A stretch of 64,000 bases of DNA. Source: an uncultured Burkholderiales bacterium (GTDB lineage: Bacteria; Pseudomonadota; Gammaproteobacteria; Burkholderiales; Burkholderiaceae_C). The notes below the pieces were generated by a model that was not told where the DNA came from, searched no databases, and was given only the letters and a program-made list of their open reading frames with translations. Numbering within the stretch: the stretch's first letter is position 1; each line of letters opens with the position of its first letter. Location of the stretch: contig CALTTG010000016.1 of the NCBI GenBank assembly GCA_943908475.1, forward strand, positions 6,582 to 70,581. Reading direction: 5' to 3'. This document shows positions 60,957 to 64,000 of this stretch, piece after piece. The position numbers and the translations under genes were made by a program.

Positions 60957-62165
60957 TCACACCAGCAACTCAACAGCGGCAGGGTGCCCCAGGAATGAAG
61001 CCGGACTGGCCGAAGCGCCATACGCGCCCGATTGAAAAACCACCAGCAGATCACCCGGGTGGGCCTGGGGCATCGCCACCGCCTGACCGAACGTGTCCAG
61101 CGGCGTGCACAAGGGGCCACTGACCGTGACCTCTTCGGTGACATCTGCGTCAGACAGACGATTGCCCAGGCACATCGGATAGGGCCGCTTGAGCACCTGC
61201 CCCAGGTTGCCACTGGCCGCCAGGTGGTGATGCATGCCGCCATCGATCACGACGTGCACCCGCCCCCCCGACAACTTGCGCTCCATGACACGCGCCACAT
61301 AAAGCCCTGCCTCGCCCACCAGGAAGCGCCCCAGCTCGATCACCAACTGGGCCTGAGGCCACTCCAGGGCGGCACGATCACGCAGCACCTGCAGGCCCTC
61401 CCGCATCTGCGCCAGGTCGAGTGCCTGTTCATGGGCGAAATAAGGAATGCCCCAACCGCCCCCGAGGTTCAGGCTCTTCACAGGGCCAGGCAGCACCTGG
61501 CACCAGGCCTGCAGCATGTCCAAGGTGCGATGCATGGACTGGATCAGCAAGTCGGCCTGGAGCACCTGGGAGCCCGCGTACACATGAAAGCCCTCGAATG
61601 CCAGGGCAGCATGAGCCGCCAAAGCCAGGGCCTGCGGCACATCGGCGCTGTCCAGACCGAAGACCTGTCCAGCCCCGCCCATGCGCATGCCTGCGGTGCG
61701 CAACTCAAAATCAGGGTTGACGCGCAAGCCCACACGGGCCCGGATGTTCAAGGACTCAGACACTGCGATCAGTCGTCGAAGTTCTCCCAACGACTCGACA
61801 TGCAGCAACACCCCTGCCGCCACCGCCTGCCTCAGCTCGGCATCGCGCTTGGCCGGGCCTGCAAAGCTGATCGACTGAGGTGAGCACCCCGCATTCAGCG
61901 CGGCCGTCAATTCGGCTGATGACGCCACGTCCATGCCGTCGACTCGCTCGGCCATCCATCCCAGCAAAGCCGGCATGGGGTTGGCTTTCACCGCGTAATG
62001 CAGATGCACACCCGGGGGCAGCACGGCACGGACATCCTGCAAACGCCGCGTCAGCGCGCGCCGCTCCAGTGCAAAAAATGGGGTCTGCCCGGCACGCTCT
62101 GCCAGGCGAGACAGGGGAACTCCGCCCAGGCACAACTGCCCGGCACTCACCTCAAACCCACGCAT
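60957..62165 (-). CDS. PLP-dependent decarboxylase, fold-type III (diaminopimelate/ornithine decarboxylase-like), exosortase-A-system associated
   Basis: Start at MRGFEVS (the ORF track starts 6 codons earlier). HYAVKANPMPALLGWMAERVDGMDVASSAELTAAL, with the PLP lysine in AVKAN. C-terminal beta-barrel domain. Confidence 0.8.
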   Translation of the reverse strand: MRGFEVSAGQLCLGGVPLSRLAERAGQTPFFALERRALTRRLQDVRAVLPPGVHLHYAVKANPMPALLGWMAERVDGMDVASSAELTAALNAGCSPQSISFAGPAKRDAELRQAVAAGVLLHVESLGELRRLIAVSESLNIRARVGLRVNPDFELRTAGMRMGGAGQVFGLDSADVPQALALAAHAALAFEGFHVYAGSQVLQADLLIQSMHRTLDMLQAWCQVLPGPVKSLNLGGGWGIPYFAHEQALDLAQMREGLQVLRDRAALEWPQAQLVIELGRFLVGEAGLYVARVMERKLSGGRVHVVIDGGMHHHLAASGNLGQVLKRPYPMCLGNRLSDADVTEEVTVSGPLCTPLDTFGQAVAMPQAHPGDLLVVFQSGAYGASASPASFLGHPAAVELLV

Positions 62166-63744
62166 GAGACCTCCAGACAACACGGTCCAGTTTGCCGTTC
62201 GGGTTCCTCGGCAGGCTGGAGGTCACCCACACCACATGCCGAGGACAGAGATAGACCGGCGCATTCTGGCGAAAATACGCCATCAAAGCCTGGGTGCTGG
62301 CGTCGATGGCCGCCCCCGCGGGGCCGGGGGACACTGCCACACAGATCTTTTGACCCAAGGAGGGGTCGTCCACGCCCACTGCCACTGCCTCGGACACCAG
62401 GCCGGAGGCGAGCGCCAGCTGTTCCACCTCGGTGGGGCTGACCCTATACCCGGATGTTTTGATCATTTCGTCGGCGCGCCCCACGAAATACAGGAACCCG
62501 TCATGGTCCTGCCGCACCAGGTCACCGGAAAACACGGCCGGCTCCAGATGCGCCACATCAGGCTGCGTGGAGGCTGCGGGCGACCATGAGCGAAACCTCA
62601 GAGACTGCTCTTGCGGGCGCTGCCAATAGCCCATCGACACCAGCGGCCCCACATGCACCAGCTCGCCCACTTCTCCGGGCCCGCACACCTGCCCCTTTGC
62701 ATCGACCACGTGAACTTGGGCATAAGGAATGGCGCGCCCCATGGAATCTGGACGCCGAGGCAGCTCCTCAGGAGGAAGGTAGGTGGAGCGGAAGGCTTCG
62801 GTGAGCCCATACATCAGATAGGGCGTTGCGTGCGGAGCCTTGTGCTGCATGGCCCGCAACACGGGTGCCGGCATGCGCCCCCCCGTGTTGGCCCAGAACC
62901 GAAGCAAATCGGCACATCCTGCGGGCCAATCCTGCGACACCAATTGGCTGAACAGAGGGGGGACCCCCGTGATGCCCGTGACGCGGTGGCGGGCCATTGC
63001 CTTGAGCACGTCTTGCGGGAACAGATGGTTGATCAAGGCCACTTGAGCCCCGCTCCACAGGGCCGTGGTGACCTGGCTGAAGCCTGCATCGAAAGAAAGC
63101 GGCAACACGGCCAGCAGCACATCGTCGGGGTTCAAGCCCAGATAAGACGACACGCTGACGGCCCCCACGATCAGATTGCGGTGAGAGACCATCACCCCCT
63201 TGGGAAGCCCCGTGCTGCCAGAGGTGTAGAAAATGATGGCCAGCCCGTCGGGCTTGGCAGCCGATGTGGCGGGTGGAGCCCCTGAGCTCGGCAGCCATCG
63301 CGGGGCGGACCAGGCCTCGGTGGCAGACAGCAAGGCCACTTGCGTCAGCGCCTGGCGCCGCTGTGGCACCAGGGTGTCCCAGCGAGTGTCCAGCGTGAGC
63401 AAGCCCCAAGCACCACAGTCATCCAGAATGTGTTGAACCTGCTGTGCCTTGAGCACCGGATTGATGGGGATCAGCACACCACCCGCCAGGAGGACACCCA
63501 GCATGGCCGCTACCCCCTCCAACCGCTTGTCGAGCCAGATGCCCACGCATTGGCCCGGCTGCAAACCGGCAGCCAGCCAGGCCTGAGCCCACTGATCGGC
63601 ATGCTGCGCGAGCTCGGCAAACGACCAGGCACGGTCTGCCACAGCGACGGCCGCTCGATCGGGCCACAGCCCTGCGGCACGCCGCACCACCTGTCCCAGG
63701 GTCACAGGCAGTTCGTTCAAGTGTGGCAAGGCAATGTCAGGCAT
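62152..63744 (-). CDS. AMP-forming acyl-CoA/acyl-carrier ligase, exosortase-A-system associated
   Basis: Adenylation motifs IIFYTSGSTGLPKGV, a YGLTE-like region MYGLTEAFRS, and C-terminal PRNPNGKLDR. Confidence 0.8.
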   Translation of the reverse strand: MPDIALPHLNELPVTLGQVVRRAAGLWPDRAAVAVADRAWSFAELAQHADQWAQAWLAAGLQPGQCVGIWLDKRLEGVAAMLGVLLAGGVLIPINPVLKAQQVQHILDDCGAWGLLTLDTRWDTLVPQRRQALTQVALLSATEAWSAPRWLPSSGAPPATSAAKPDGLAIIFYTSGSTGLPKGVMVSHRNLIVGAVSVSSYLGLNPDDVLLAVLPLSFDAGFSQVTTALWSGAQVALINHLFPQDVLKAMARHRVTGITGVPPLFSQLVSQDWPAGCADLLRFWANTGGRMPAPVLRAMQHKAPHATPYLMYGLTEAFRSTYLPPEELPRRPDSMGRAIPYAQVHVVDAKGQVCGPGEVGELVHVGPLVSMGYWQRPQEQSLRFRSWSPAASTQPDVAHLEPAVFSGDLVRQDHDGFLYFVGRADEMIKTSGYRVSPTEVEQLALASGLVSEAVAVGVDDPSLGQKICVAVSPGPAGAAIDASTQALMAYFRQNAPVYLCPRHVVWVTSSLPRNPNGKLDRVVWRSHAWV

Positions 63745-63779
63745 GGCGAGATGTTAAGCGAGGCCTCTAGAATGGAACG

Positions 63780-64000
63780 ATGCTCGACTCTCAAGATGTG
63801 CTCCTTGTGCTGGACCGCGCGCTGCAACTGCAGGGGCGGGCCCTGCAGTTTTCACTCGATACCCCCTTGTTGGGGTCTCTGCCAGAACTCGACTCGATGG
63901 GCGTCGTGGCCTTGCTGTCCGAGCTTGAAACCCATTTCGGTGTGTTTTTCGATGACTCCGCCATCAGTGCAGAGTCATTCGCCACCGTGGCGCAGGTCTG
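63780..64000 (+). CDS. Acyl-carrier-protein-like protein (5' part; runs off the right edge), divergent from the ligase gene
   Basis: The frame from ATG 63780 reads MLDSQDVLLVLDRALQ...LGSLPELDSMGVVALLSELETHFGVFFDDSAISAESF, a phosphopantetheine-attachment-type DSM/LDS helix-II motif. No stop codon within the window. Confidence 0.55.
   Translation, partial: MLDSQDVLLVLDRALQLQGRALQFSLDTPLLGSLPELDSMGVVALLSELETHFGVFFDDSAISAESFATVAQV

Overview
High-GC (~67%) betaproteobacterial chromosome segment. The housekeeping synteny moeB-ctpA and accB-accC-prmA / gpmA-rhodanese-grxC-secB-gpsA-trmL looks Burkholderiales-like (Comamonadaceae or Rubrivivax/Leptothrix group). About 58 genes, almost no non-coding DNA, and no rRNA, tRNA, CRISPR or IS elements that I could recognise.

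Three themes stand out:
1. 9.7-19.3 kb: a minus-strand glycan/O-antigen-type locus. It has a complete PglF/PglE/PglD/PglC-like set (4,6-dehydratase, aminotransferase, hexapeptide acetyltransferase, small priming sugar transferase), plus GT2, GT4 and a Wzx-like flippase. A methyl-accepting chemotaxis protein gene sits on the opposite strand in the middle of it.
2. 51.2-64 kb: the PEP-CTERM/exosortase-A regulatory and accessory locus on the minus strand. Genes are PrsT (TPR lipoprotein), the sigma-54 activator PrsR, the kinase PrsK, an EpsB-type sugar transferase, an O-antigen-ligase-like membrane protein, a PLP decarboxylase, an AMP-forming acyl-CoA ligase and a divergent ACP. Most of it lies in a lower-GC (~55%) island that starts abruptly at 48.1 kb.
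3. 48.1-51.1 kb, immediately downstream of prsT and the most interesting part: a four-gene minus-strand cassette with no assigned function. It encodes a Tat-signal, Cys/Ser/Thr-rich 224-aa secreted protein, a PqqD-family (RRE-like) small protein, an HPr-kinase-related P-loop kinase (HprK-related kinase A type) and a PF14907-type nucleotidyltransferase. I read it as a candidate peptide/protein modification system linked to the PEP-CTERM system.

Other notable items: a signal-peptide caspase (C14) fused to Sel1 repeats next to an OmpA-like lipoprotein; a MASE1-CHASE hybrid histidine kinase; a bis-MGD molybdoenzyme translationally coupled to a LysR regulator; and a CpxP/Spy-like protein upstream of an OmpR/HK pair.
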